From Vitrella brassicaformis CCMP3155 (Eukaryota; Protista; Chromerida): a DNA stretch of 64,000 nt. The position numbers and the translations under genes are program-made. The stretch spans positions 62,001-126,000 of the forward strand of contig CDMY01000336.1 of NCBI GenBank assembly GCA_001179505.1. The letters run 5' to 3'. Position 1 is the first letter of the stretch; each line of letters opens with the position of its first letter. The notes below the pieces were generated by a model. The model saw only the letters and a program-made list of their open reading frames with translations. It did not search any database and was not told the origin of the DNA. This document shows positions 26,633-38,619 of this stretch, piece after piece.

Positions 26633-27819
26633 ATGAGCAGGCGTTCTCTAGATCAGGGCCCTGACGGCCGCCCTGCTGCCAAGAAGAGCAAGCCCAGCAC
26701 AGAATGGCGATCGGTAGGACGCGCAGACACGCACCAACCAGGTCCACACATGGACCCTCTATCCTGCAGTTCTTGGTCTGTCTGTGTGCCGCTTGGTTGA
26801 GCAGCGTGATGATAGCGTGTACTGGAGGGACTATGGCTCGACGGGATCGGACAAGGTGTTGGGGCTCGACCTCGACGACACACTCATCGCCCCCAAGAGC
26901 GGCACCACATTCCCGATGGATACCAAAGACTGGAGGCTGCTTTATGGTGATGCGCGCAAGAGAGTGCTGAAGCAACACCTGCGCAACGGATAGGTGCAGC
27001 GAGCCACGATGGGGTTTGATGGGATGGGGGTGGTGCAGTCCGAGGGCCCTGGTTGTGTGTCGTTAGGTTCAAGTTGGTGGTGTTTAGCAACCAGAACGGC
27101 GTGGTTAGGGGCAACCCGCAGATCAAGGACCTGCAGAACAAAGTCGATGCCATCCAGGCCGCCCTCGACGTGCCCATGCAAGTGTACCTCGCGTGGGCGA
27201 ACCAGACACTCACACACCGCCCTCTCCTCTGCTCTCCTTTTGTATGCGTGTGTTGGTCGGCAGGACGAAGACCGACAAGTACAGGAAGCCGCGTACGTCA
27301 CGATGATGGCTGTATCCACACATCCACGCCCTTCCTCCATCCATCCATCTATCCATCCATCTATCCACCCTCTCTCGTGTCTGTGTGTGTGAGTGCATCG
27401 GTCACGCACTGGCGCGTGGGATCTGATGGAGAGCGACCACAACGACGGCATCAAAATCAATCGCCAAGAAAGCAAATTCCTGGGTACGTAGCCAACACAC
27501 ACCACACACCGCTGAGTTCCCACACGCCGCCGTCTTCGTGTGGTTGTGTGGTGTGGTGCATACCATGCCTGCAGGGGATGCGGCTGGCCGCCCTGCCAGC
27601 GATGGGCGCAAGGAGGACCACTCCGACAGCGATCTCCAATTTGCCCGCGGCCTCGGCGTAGAGTTCCTGACGCCCGAGAAGGCCTTTGTGAAGGGTCAGG
27701 GAACACACCAAATGAACCTGGATGTGGTGCGGTGCAGATGTGTGCTGGGTGTGGGCGCTGCGCAGGTGAGAGCGCCAGTGTGTTGGCTGCTGGCTGACGT
27801 GGCAGTTCAGTCCGTCTAG
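26633..27819 (+). CDS. PNKP-type DNA 3'-phosphatase (HAD family); no kinase domain seen
   Basis: HAD motifs in spliced exons: GLDLDDTLIAPKSG..FPMDTKDW, VVFSNQNG, DKYRKP, GDAAGR...HSDSDLQFARGLGVEFLTPE. The 3' end is approximate. Confidence 0.88.
27654..27692 (+). repeat. 39-bp direct repeat, copy 1 (inside the last PNKP exon)
   Basis: cggcgtagagttcctgacgcccgagaaggcctttgtgaa; 37/39 identical to 31836-31874. Confidence 0.92.
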
Positions 27820-28093
27820 CGCACTTGGCGTGTGGTGTACAGAGAGAGATCGCACGACAATTGCGTGGGGGGCATGGATGGCATGTGTGTGTGAGTCGAC
27901 TGAAACGGCGGCTCGACTGTGTATGTTCGCAGAGGGAGGGAGGGGGGGAGGAAGGTCGGTGTCTTGTGTTTGTGTTGTGTTGTGCAACTTGTGTTGTGTT
28001 GTGTTGTGTTTGTGTGAGTGGGGTGCGATATGCACGTGAGCGGAGTGCCAGCAAAGGGGTCGGCTTATGGAACGATACATGTATGCCGGCGGC

Positions 28094-28133
28094 ACGACAG
28101 AAAACGACAGAAAACGACACAAAACGACACAAA
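28094..28133 (+). repeat. 10-bp tandem repeat ACGACA[GC]AAA x4, upstream of the chimeric gene
   Basis: Read directly from the sequence. Confidence 0.9.
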
Positions 28134-28468
28134 CAAAGAGGGCGGAAATCGGCCTGTGGGTTTCCTGGCCGGAAGTGTCTTCGGTTTTGAGGGCATCTGA
28201 GCGCGCCACGAAGGAGAAATCATCGCATCGCATGCCGTAGCTCTGTCGACGATGCAGACGTACTTGATTGCGTATGGATAGCCGCCATTCTCGAACATGG
28301 CGGGCACTTCTCGTCTTGACCCACGGGTGCCGATGACCCATCTGACGTCGTCTGCTGATAGCCCATAAGGTCAGCTCGGAGGGCGCAAGGAAGCGTGTTG
28401 GATGCGGCCGCACCACCGTCGCCGTGTGCCATGTGCCTTGTTCTGTGGCAGACCACTGAGGTGAAGTC

Positions 28469-31376
28469 ATGGACACGGAAGGGGCGGAGCTGATGGCTGG
28501 ACGCCGAAAGGAGGCTGAGATGGACTGCCACGTGACGGTTGCTCACCAGAGTGACGGGACGTGCACCGAGTACGCCCACATCAAACTCGTCGACATCAGG
28601 GACAAGTTCCTCGTCATCAAACTCTCACCGGCCGATGGACTCGGGAGCCTCAATGTCACGGTGAGTGAGCGACGAATCACCTGCACACACGTGGACGGGC
28701 GGATGGGTCGTGTGGCGGTGTTTTTGATATATGTGCGTCAGATTCCCTCTCAGTCTGTCAAGGAGATCATGAAGACCAAGGGGGACGTCCAGGGCATCAC
28801 CTGCATCGAGACTGGCAGCCACCGCCAGGTCAACTTCTACCCCCAGCCAGACCAGCTCAGGGCCTTCTTCGCCAGGTTCCCCCAACTCAAGCCGCCCGAC
28901 GTCAAAGACAGCGCTCTGCTCACACGCAAACGAGGTTACCATCACACCAACACACCACACCCCCCACACCATTCACCACCCCACCACACTCCTCTCTCTG
29001 TGTGTCTGTGTGTGTCCATCCATTCCATCCATCAATCCATCGGTCAGGTGACGAGAACCCCAACGGCGATGGATTCGTGCCGAACCCCCACATGATGTTT
29101 TCCACGTCGTCCAGCAGCCAGATGATGGGCCAGGGCAACCACAACTACAACAGCAGTAGCTACATCCCGCCTGCACGCGGGCAGCCTGACGTCAACCCCG
29201 GACCGCCACCGCTGGGCGGCGCCATGGGCGGCATCCCCCTGCAGCAGGGGCCCGTGCTGTTCAAGCCACGTGACCGAAACAAAGACCAACGCGCAAACGC
29301 CCTGCACTCGTCAGGTAAGCTACCCTCCCCTCTCCCCATCCCTCCCCCCGTCCACATCGCCCACCCAGCACACACTAGGCGTGTTGTCCACTGTCACGGC
29401 AACAGGTGGGAGCGCTGCTGGACGGGGAGGTGGCGGTGGTGGCGGGGGAGGTGGTGGTGGTCGGGGTGGTTACCGTGGCCAGCCAGATGCCGACGAAGAC
29501 ATGATGATGATGCCTGAGAGCTCGCCCCCGACACAGACGCCCACTAACCGCAACAAACGCGTAAGGCTCCACTGACCACTGGATGGCACACACAAGCCGG
29601 TCACTCCCCCGTGTGTGTGTGTGTGTGTGTTTATGTCAGCGAATGGATGTCGACGGCGGGGCGGCTCAGTGGGGGGCGGGCGGTGCTGTGGGACCGAATG
29701 AGAACGACAACAGTGCACAGCATAGCAACGCGGTGCGCACAAGTCGACAGACACACACACAGACACACAAAGGAGCTCATTGTTGTGGGTCAATCACTGG
29801 TCAGGTGCCTGCTGATGACGGCGCTAAGAGGCGTAGACGCGTAGACATCAGCCGTACTGCTGCTGCTGCTGGTGGCCATAGCGGAGGTACGCAAAGCATC
29901 AGCTGCTGTTGGTGGACTGCACATCGTCATGACCGTCCTGTGCTGTGTTATGGTGTCTTCAGGTGGGTCGATTGGTGCGGGTGGTGCTGCGGCAGAGTCA
30001 CAGCAGCAGCATGAGGGGGGCGGCAGCTCACTGTCGGCAGATCTGACGGCCCCCACAATGCAGCACCCCCACCAGCAGCAGCAGCAGCAGCACCCCGTGT
30101 GGTACGTCCTCGCCCACCGCGGCAGCGATTTCCTGCTGCGGGATGTGCTGCGTCTGAGGGAGAGCTGCAAATGGGCCAGAGGCCTTTTCGGAGCGCCTCA
30201 GCTGCGGCAGCGACTCAGCCATGAGCTCGGCACACAGGCGGGGCTGCGGCGGACGGTGAATGGGAATGTGGTGCAGCTGCTGACATTCGACGACCAGCAG
30301 ATGGGCGAGGGTGACCTGCTGGCGGCGCTGTGTGTGACGGAGGCGGGCGGCTGGAGTGAGATGAGCGAGGCGATCGAGCTGGCGGGGCAGTGCGGCAACT
30401 GCCAGCTGCCTGTGAGGCTCACTGCCGCCGATCTGCACCAATACCCAAACAAGACGGTAAGCCAACCGAGGGAGGGAGGGAGGGAGGGAGGGAGAACGGA
30501 TGGCTCTCAATCGGTGTGTGGTGTGTTGATGTGTTGTGTATGCAGGTGTATTTGGCCGACCCCCGTGTGTTGGCTCAGCTCAAGATGGTCTGCCCCCACA
30601 TCGACTTCGGCGACGGCGTGAGCTTTCGGCTGTTCCAGCACGGCAACACAGTGCGGGCCATCCAGGATTAGGACGGCTTCGAGCTCGACACCAACCCGCC
30701 CTTCCCTGCCAACCACCCCTACCAGCAGCACCGACAGCCGCACGACCCGCCCGTCCGCAGCAGGATCACAGGCTGGGAGTCGCAGCCTCAGTCGCTGCTT
30801 CATGTCGACTCCGCATCTGTGTCGTCGTGTGTTAAGAAGATCGTCCTCAACCACTTCAGGGGGACTCACCAGATCAACAGCACTTGCCGTAATATCGACA
30901 GGTGAGGCGGGGCATCACTGTGTCAGGGCACTGCCACGACACACGAGATGTATGTGTGTCTTCATTGGTCAGGCATATCGACAACGGCCGGCTGGACACC
31001 CTCATGACACAGTCCCCCCACACACCAGTGGAGAGATGCACCACCACCACATCGGAGTGGTCAGCTATCGGCTTCACTTACCGTCGTCTCGTGTTGACCA
31101 ACACTGGCCACCCGTTCGTCGCGTGGATCAACGTCAACGAGCACACCAACACCGGTCAGCCCAGCCCGGCACAGCGAGGGGGAGGAATGCGGTGCCACTC
31201 TCATCTCTGTCCTCTCTTGTCATCCATTTGCAGTGGAGGTGTATGTGTGCATCAACACGACCGAGTCGGCTGTGTCTGGTGTGGGTGGCGCCTTTAAGGT
31301 CCACTTCCCGGTGACCACTCGGCTGGCGCGTGCGGTGCTGGAGACCATCATCTCAGCCAGGATCTTCGACCGATAG
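28469..31376 (+). pseudogene. Chimeric gene: unique N-terminal beta-rich domain and Gly/Gln linker fused in frame to cassette copy 1, with a nonsense codon
   Basis: Phase-compatible exons MDTEGAE...RAFFARFPQLK...NKR|RMDVDGG...HSNA|VPADDGAKRRRRVDIS...|cassette. TAG at 30669-30671 lies where copy 2 has CAG. Natural stop at 31374-31376. Confidence 0.7.
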
Positions 31377-31740
31377 ACAGCTGAGGTATGTTTGCACCAA
31401 ACACGACTGAGACGAGCAGAGGATGCGCTCACGACTTACGCAATGGTGTCTGTGTCTGTCTTTCCATGTGTGTGTCAGGCTGGGCGGTGGTGCGGTGTTG
31501 GCGTTGAAGCGATCCGACCGACATACTCTCTCTGGACGGATGTGTGGGCGGCAGATAGATAGAGGGGGGCGGGTGGGGACTTCCTCTCGTGTGGTGTGCT
31601 GTCTGCTGTGGTACTGGCTGATGGATGGTCTGCCTCTTCCTAATGTCCGCGTGTTTGTTCACACCAGTGTGTCTGTTCGGCTGGCTCGCTCGTCCCTTCC
31701 TGTCTGTTTGCTGCCCCCACTCATGTGCATTGGCCGACCA
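29716..31740 (+). repeat. Multicopy intron-containing cassette, copy 1 (coding module plus about 0.4 kb of conserved 3' flank)
   Basis: Colinear exon, intron and 3' flank identity with 38620-40765 (-) and 55600-58815 (+). Confidence 0.92.
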
Positions 31741-31835
31741 GTGCGATGGATGGGTGGGTCGGCATTCGCCACCTGTGTTGTTTTTGCATCGTATGTGTGT
31801 GATGTAGGTCCCGGCATCACGTCACACAGTTCCTG

Positions 31836-31874
31836 CGGCATAGAGTTCCTGACGCCCGAGAAGGCCTTTCTGAA
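31836..31874 (+). repeat. 39-bp direct repeat, copy 2 (orphan PNKP 3' coding fragment GIEFLTPEKAFLNDRPAD)
   Basis: cggcatagagttcctgacgcccgagaaggcctttctgaa. Confidence 0.92.
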
Positions 31875-32947
31875 CGATCGGCCGGCTGATTTACTCTCGC
31901 TCTCGCCTCTTTTCTCTCCCTCTCTTGTGCCGCACAGACAGACAGATACACACAGGTGTGGCGTAGCGGCGATTTTGCCGACAGCCATCCCCCCAGCCAC
32001 AGACACATTCACACACACACGTGCTCACCTGTACATAACATCCATGAGTGTGTGTGTGTGTGTGGCCGTCGTCCCTCTGGCTGCCCTCTGTATCTCTCTT
32101 CCCCACATTTTTGGTGTCGATGGCCGGTTTTCACACCCATCGTCCGTCTACACACCTATGAATGCTTTCTCTCTCCTCCTCTCCCCTCCCCTTGACAGCA
32201 CAGACAGACAGACAGACAGACATTCCATATCTGTCTGTTTGCCGGTAGCTCCGTCCGTCCTTTGCATGGCACCATGTTCATGTTTGCACGTTTCCATGGT
32301 TGTGCAGATGGCTGTCGGGTGAAGTGCCTAGGTCAATTCCTATTCATGTGCATAGAGGGAGGGAGGGAGCTCGGTGATCTGTGTCTGTGTGTAGTGTTTG
32401 TGTGAGTGGACTGACTGCGAGTTACACGTGAGCGCACGCGTTTGTGTGTAATTATGTACACGAGCCGAGCCAAGCCGGTCAGTCAGTCAGTTCACCAACC
32501 GCACCAAGGCCATGACACGACACACACACATCCATCTCGACACACACAATTGTCATGTCATGAGAGCTCCATCCGCCACACACCAGCCACAGCACACCGC
32601 AGCACACCATGACAGACACACTCCTCTCACACGTACGGTACGTCAGCCAGGCAGTCAGCCTGTTATTCCGCTTCAGGCAGATGGCAGTCCACCTTGCTTG
32701 CGTCTGGCGCTACACCTACCCCACCTAACTGACCAGAAATACCCCCCTCTCTCCCTCCCTCCCTCCCTCCCTCCCGGATTCCCTCCCTGCCCTCTACCTA
32801 CTGAGACAGACAGACAGACAGACCCACACGCGCACACACATACAGCAGTCCCTCCCTGCCTGCATCCCTGCCATGCCATGCGTGTGTGAATGTGTGTGTG
32901 TGAGTGTGTACAGGGTAGTAGTAGGTCGGTTGACTGACTGACTGACG

Positions 32948-35940
32948 TCACCATCCGCCATAGCCTTTGTGCTGGAACTCCACCTCGAGCAGGTAGCGCA
33001 GGCAGATCTGCTCCACGCTGTAGACTATGTACTGATCGACCAACAAGCCAACCAACCACACACACAGAGACAGAGAGAGATGCCTGGATGGGATGGCATG
33101 GCGGACACTCACACATTCCTTCTTGCCTCACCTCGTTGTACTGCAGGACGAGGTCAGGCCGGTTGGTCTCCACAGCGTCACACGCCGGAACCTGACACAT
33201 AAGACACATACACACAGATACACCATATGTGTGTATTTATTGCAGGCGGGTGTGTGAGCTGACCTTGACGCCGTTGGGCAGTGAGATGAATCCGCTGGGG
33301 TCGGGGTAGCTACGTCCGAGGCCCTTGGTGCTGAGCTTGCCGGCCGGGAGCCGGTCGGCATTGTAGTCGGCGTTGCAGAGCTCGTGGCAGTCGCCCAACG
33401 CCACCTCAGCCAACATCATCACACCCACGTTCGAACGCCCTCCAGACTGATTGATGAGTGTATGTATAGCGACACACACACACAGAGAGAGAGAGAGAGG
33501 ATTGTGGGTGAGGTGTGGTGCGGTTGTGAGTGTGTGTTGGTGCCTGTGTGTGTGTATCGCCCACCGGGACATAGCAGTACTGGGCGCTCTTGGAGACCAT
33601 GTCGGCGAAGTAGACCCCCTTGCCAAACATGTACCCCGACACAGGAGCTAGCAACCAACCACCCCAACCACCCCCACCACACACACACACACACACACGT
33701 CAGCCGCCGCAGCTCCTCACCTCCCTCCCTCCCTCCCTATCTACCTTCCGGCGGTGCGATGCGGAGTCCTTGGCTGAGGATGCCCACGTAGTTGGTCAGA
33801 CGGGAGCCGTGCCACAGCAGCATACTGCCACACAAACCATTATATCCACCATTGGAGAGTGGGCTGTGCTGCGCCGGGCAGGGCAGACTGATGACTGACT
33901 CACTGACTCCCGCACCGGTTGTGGTTGTTTTGGTGTTTGCCGAATCGCTTCTCCTCGCCCTGGCGCGCTATCTCGAATATGTTCTGCACCTGCACACACA
34001 CACACACACACACGTGTCCATGCAGCTGCCCCGCCATCTGTTTGTTGTCTTGTCGTGTTTGTCACACCATGCATGGTGTGTGAGGGTGTGTGTGGTGTGT
34101 GTCTGCTCTGTCTGCGCACCTTGAGGTCCCACATCATGTGGGTCTTGCCGTGGGTCTTCTTCACATACGACACTATCAACTGCATGCACCACCCACCCAG
34201 CCACCCACCCCACCAAAACCAAAACCATCCCTCTGGCGTGTGTGTTTGTCGACAGACAGACAGATGGTCACTGACTGACCTTGTGCATGGTGTCCGACGG
34301 CTCGAGCGGTCGTATCTCTGTCTTGAGGCTGCGGTAGTGGATGTCGGCGGGGTGCTCGTCGATGTCCGACGCCTCCTTCAACACGTGCTTGGCGATTTCT
34401 GCACACACACACACACGCAGGGGGTCGTGTGTGTGTGTTGTGTGTTGTGTGTGTGTGTGAAGGTAGGTACCCACCGATTTCAGCGAGTGACTCGAGCATC
34501 TCCTGCTTCTTCTTAACCTGCTCCAGACTGTTGATGGTACTGCCACGTATGTCGGCAAATCTGGGGGGGGAGGGACACACATACCCACGCCAGCCCTCCA
34601 GCCCTTCAGTCCTTCAGCCCTCCCTCCCTCCATTTGCGAGTGCGTTGGTTTGTCGGCGTGTGATGTGGCTGACCCGAAGTCGTGCGGTATGATGGTGTAG
34701 AACTGACTCGTCAAGTCTCTCAGTAACGTGTGACTGCACACACACACAAGCACACACACACCCACACACAGGCACAGACACAAACATGGCCCGGCCTCAT
34801 GCCATCGGGTGTGGTCTCGTGTCTGTGTGTGGGTGGGGTGGCAGCCAGTACTTGCTTACGTCTGTGAGGTGGGTCGTTTGATGTTGCTCTCGATCTGTGT
34901 GAGCACCTTGTAGCCCATGTTGATGGTGCTCTTGGACAGCTTGCCCAGCGGCATCTTCTTGGCGTCATACCCTATCTCCACCTGATATATCGGACCAACC
35001 AAGCAACCAACCAACCAACATGCACATACGCAATGGGTGGTGGTGGTGTGAGTGGCCGAGGGGGTCGTGTCGTGTCACCTACCATACCATCTGGTCGTTC
35101 ATCATTTTGAAGTCGCAGATGCGCTCCACCAACTTGAACACACGATGCTCCAACTGAGACTTGACCGGCTGCAGTGCAGCCACACAAGCACCACACACAT
35201 GTACACCACACCCACTGCCGACCATATCTCTCTCTCTCTGTCTCTGTCTCTGTATCTCTCTCTCTGTCTCTGACCTCCTTCTTTTTGGCCGGTGAGGCCC
35301 CGCCACCAGCAGCAGCAGCGGCCGCGGCAGCCGGTGCAGCGGGCGGCTCCTGGTCGTTGCCGTAGTCCATCTCGAGCAGCATGTACTTGCCACTGTACAG
35401 CGAGAAACTCTGCAACGTCTGGCTCACGCTACCCAACCTGACAGACAGTTGACACAGACACACACACACAGAAACCAATGGAGGGCGGGGGCGGTTGTGC
35501 TGTGCTGTGCTGTGCTGTGGTGTGCTATGTGCAGACGGACCAGTGGTTTCTGGTCTTGTCCCGGAACTTGGACTGAAACTCGGCCTTGGCCTCCTCCTGT
35601 GGGCAAGGCAACGCAACGAACCCATCAATGCATCAAGCGACACACAGACAGACAGGCAGGTAGGCAGGATGGCAAGGAGGCCTGTGTCTGTCTGGTGTGG
35701 AGTGAGCGTTGTACCAGTGAGTGGTACTGCTTGAGAGAGTTCTGAAGGGCGGGCACGCAGGCAGACAGACAGGCAGACACAGCCTTTCATTCGTGTGGCG
35801 GGCGTCATCCCTCTCCCTCTCTCCCTCTTTGTGTGTGTGTGTGTGCGACCTGTCCGTCGTACCCCACGCGCCCCCATCTGTTCCAGCAGTAGTAACTCCG
35901 ACTCTTGACGTCGTCATGCTCCAGCAACTGCATCCACACA

Positions 35941-35971
<31 letters not shown>

Positions 35972-37484
35972 GGTAGTTTACACGTGTGTGTGCCATGGGT
36001 TGCCTGGCCTGGCCTGCCTGGTGCGGACGGACCTGTATGATGTAGTACTTGTTGTTGTTGCCGTCAACGTTGGTCTGGTTGAGCATGCAGTCCCAAAACC
36101 CGACCTGGTCACCGTACACCTACTCACACACAAGGCAGACACAAGGTTGACACAATACATTTGGTCGCCACCAAATGTATTGTGTTGGTTGACCTACGTG
36201 GTATTTCTTGCGTATGTCTTTTTCGCATTTGGGGTCGACGGGCGGCCCGCCGCCCTTGGCCACCACCTTGACAGCCGTCGACTTGCGCTCCTCCTACACA
36301 CACACGATCCAACACATGATCCCTGACGCCATACACGTCACCTGCATCCATATCCATGCAGCCCACCTTTTTCTTCTTCTTGGCCTTCTTCTTCTCCTCC
36401 TCGGCATCCTCAACCTCGTCCCCATCATCGCCCTCGCCGTCAAACAGATCGTCACCGTCATCCGCAGCTGGTGCTGTAGCTGCAGCTGCAGCAGCAGCGG
36501 GGGCCGGCTTGCGATCGCGGCGGGGCTTCTTGGCTACTGCTGCAACCACAAGCCAAACAGGCGGAGGGACGTGTCATGGTGTGGTGGCCACGTGGCTGTG
36601 TGTGTGAGTGGGTGGGTGCCTTTGGGTGGCTTGTCCTCTTCCTCCTCTGCCTCCTCGCCCTCGTCCACAGCAGCAGCCGCCGCGGCAGCAGCAGCGGCCG
36701 GCGCATCGGCCTTGCGCTTGCGGGCTGAATGGGTGGATGACAACCACACACACACAGACAGAGAGAGAGAGAGAGATGCAGGAAGGCCTCCATGCCATGT
36801 GTTTGGTTGGTTGGCCTCCGAGCTTACGGGCTTTGGGCTCCTTTGGTGGTTTGATGACGTACTTCTTGGCCATGGTCTTGGTGAACTTCCCTGAAGCAGC
36901 CGGCCAGTCACACGACGAGGCCGTCTTCTCGCTGTGTGTGCGTACCGTACCCGTCTTCTCCATCTCAGCAAACGCCTCAAAACTGACAAACACCGTCTTG
37001 GGGTCTGCCCAATGACAGCAACACACACACACCCATGATTAGCTGCTGTGTCCATCCATCCGCCCTCCCAATCCGCCCTCACTCACTCACCGATTTCGAG
37101 TGCCTTTTCGACGGTGGGCGTCTTGTCCTTCAGGTCCTCCTCACGGGCCACTACATAGTCCACGCCATCGTCACCGATCTCGTCGACAAACTCGCCACCT
37201 GATGCACCCATAACACACACACACAGGAGAGTGATGACAAGTGCTGTGTGTTGGTCGGTCTCTTCCCGGCTGCTGCTCACGCACACACCTCTGGCCAGCA
37301 CCATGTTCTTGAATGTCTGAAGGAAAGAATGGAACAAAAATGGTGGCCAGGGAGGTGTTGTGGTGGCCAGCGCCATGATGATGTGGATGTGGGTGCGTGA
37401 GTGCGCGTCTACCGTCACATTGGGAACGGCATCATCGCAGCTGAGGGCGATGGCGAACCCTGCGAGCAAAACCGCAGACACCAT
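32948..37484 (-). CDS. PARP: Poly(ADP-ribose) polymerase with BRCT, WGR, regulatory and catalytic domains (about 18 exons)
   Basis: BRCT-like [38 protein letters not shown] domain [24 protein letters not shown]. Regulatory [11 protein letters not shown]. Catalytic [28 protein letters not shown], so the H-Y-E triad is intact. TGA at 32948-32950. Confidence 0.95.
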
Positions 37485-38619
37485 TCATTCCATCGCTCGT
37501 CGCCGCTTTGGCCTTGCTGACAGTGCCCTCCTTGGCCGCTCTCACCCTCTAAGAGCTTATCGGGATCTGAGCAAACACACCCCACACACACGGACACATT
37601 GGGCGTTGGTTGTGTCGTGTTTTTCGATCAATGGAGCGTACCTTTTCGCTTGGGAGGCATGGCTGGCCACCAACAACGACAACCAACAAACAGCTATGCG
37701 ATGTTCTTACCTTCAGTCCCAAGGGATACGATCGGTGAACTGAACGGAGGCATGGAGCCTGTATACTTGGTTTTGGAGACCTTTGATTCATCCATCGCCG
37801 AGTGTGATTCATATCATCCACACGAGAAGCGTCTCAGGACATGACACCATGCAATCAATGCAGAGAGGGAATACGCAAGACAGGCACGCAGGCAGAGAGT
37901 GTGAGAGCGAGGCAGAGAGAGCCTATGCACAGCACACAAGGACGGACCTACACACCCACACGGGCCACACCCACACGCACATACAAACATTTCACATGCA
38001 CTGACAGACACCACAACCACACACGGCGTATCCGTCCTTCCATGCAGCTCTAGCTCTCTCTCTCTCGCTCTCTCAGCGACTGAGATCCTCTCTATCCTCT
38101 CTGTGTTAGTGGTGCCGTGCCGTACGACACAATGTAAGTCAGCCAGCCACCAAACAGCCAGCCATGCCCATCTATCCGTCTGACTGACTGACTGACTGCC
38201 CGCCTGACTGTGGGGGACCTGTGTCTTGAGATGAGCCCATCGGTGCGGTGTCGTCAGTGCCGGCAGTGGCCGCACTGACGAAGCCGCACGATTACATGAA
38301 AGAAAACTAGACAGACACCCTCTCTGTCTGTCGCAGGCAGCTATGATTCCTCCCTCCCTCCAGTCGTCAGTATCATAAGGCTGATAGGAAGAGTCAGCAC
38401 GGTCAGGCAAGTGCGGGCCGGGCCGCGTGAGCAAAACACAGTCAGTGCATTGCCACACCACACGAGAATCGAGACGACTCGCCGCTACACACGCGTCAAC
38501 AGGTATAGACACACACACGTGGGGTGGGGTGGGGTGGTTGACTCGACCAAAAGCAAAAGGAGAGGACGTGTATTGTCACGCATTGCACACACGAGGCGGA
38601 CGGATGTGCCATGGGACGG

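Noticed and set aside
26942-28132. 396-aa minus-strand ORF
   Set aside because: Antisense to PNKP and runs through microsatellite introns (HTHT/QHNT peptides).
17288-30671. In-frame TAA (17288) and TAG (30669) as evidence of stop-codon reassignment
   Set aside because: Conserved genes here end normally at TAG or TGA, the long conserved genes show no internal stops, and a sister copy has CAG at the 30669 site. Point mutation is simpler.
31880-32330. Possible PNKP kinase exons after the second 39-bp repeat
   Set aside because: No P-loop or kinase motif in any listed frame; the sequence is microsatellite-rich.
37549-37850. Short ORFs upstream of PARP
   Set aside because: No convincing splice structure or motif; could be UTR or promoter sequence.
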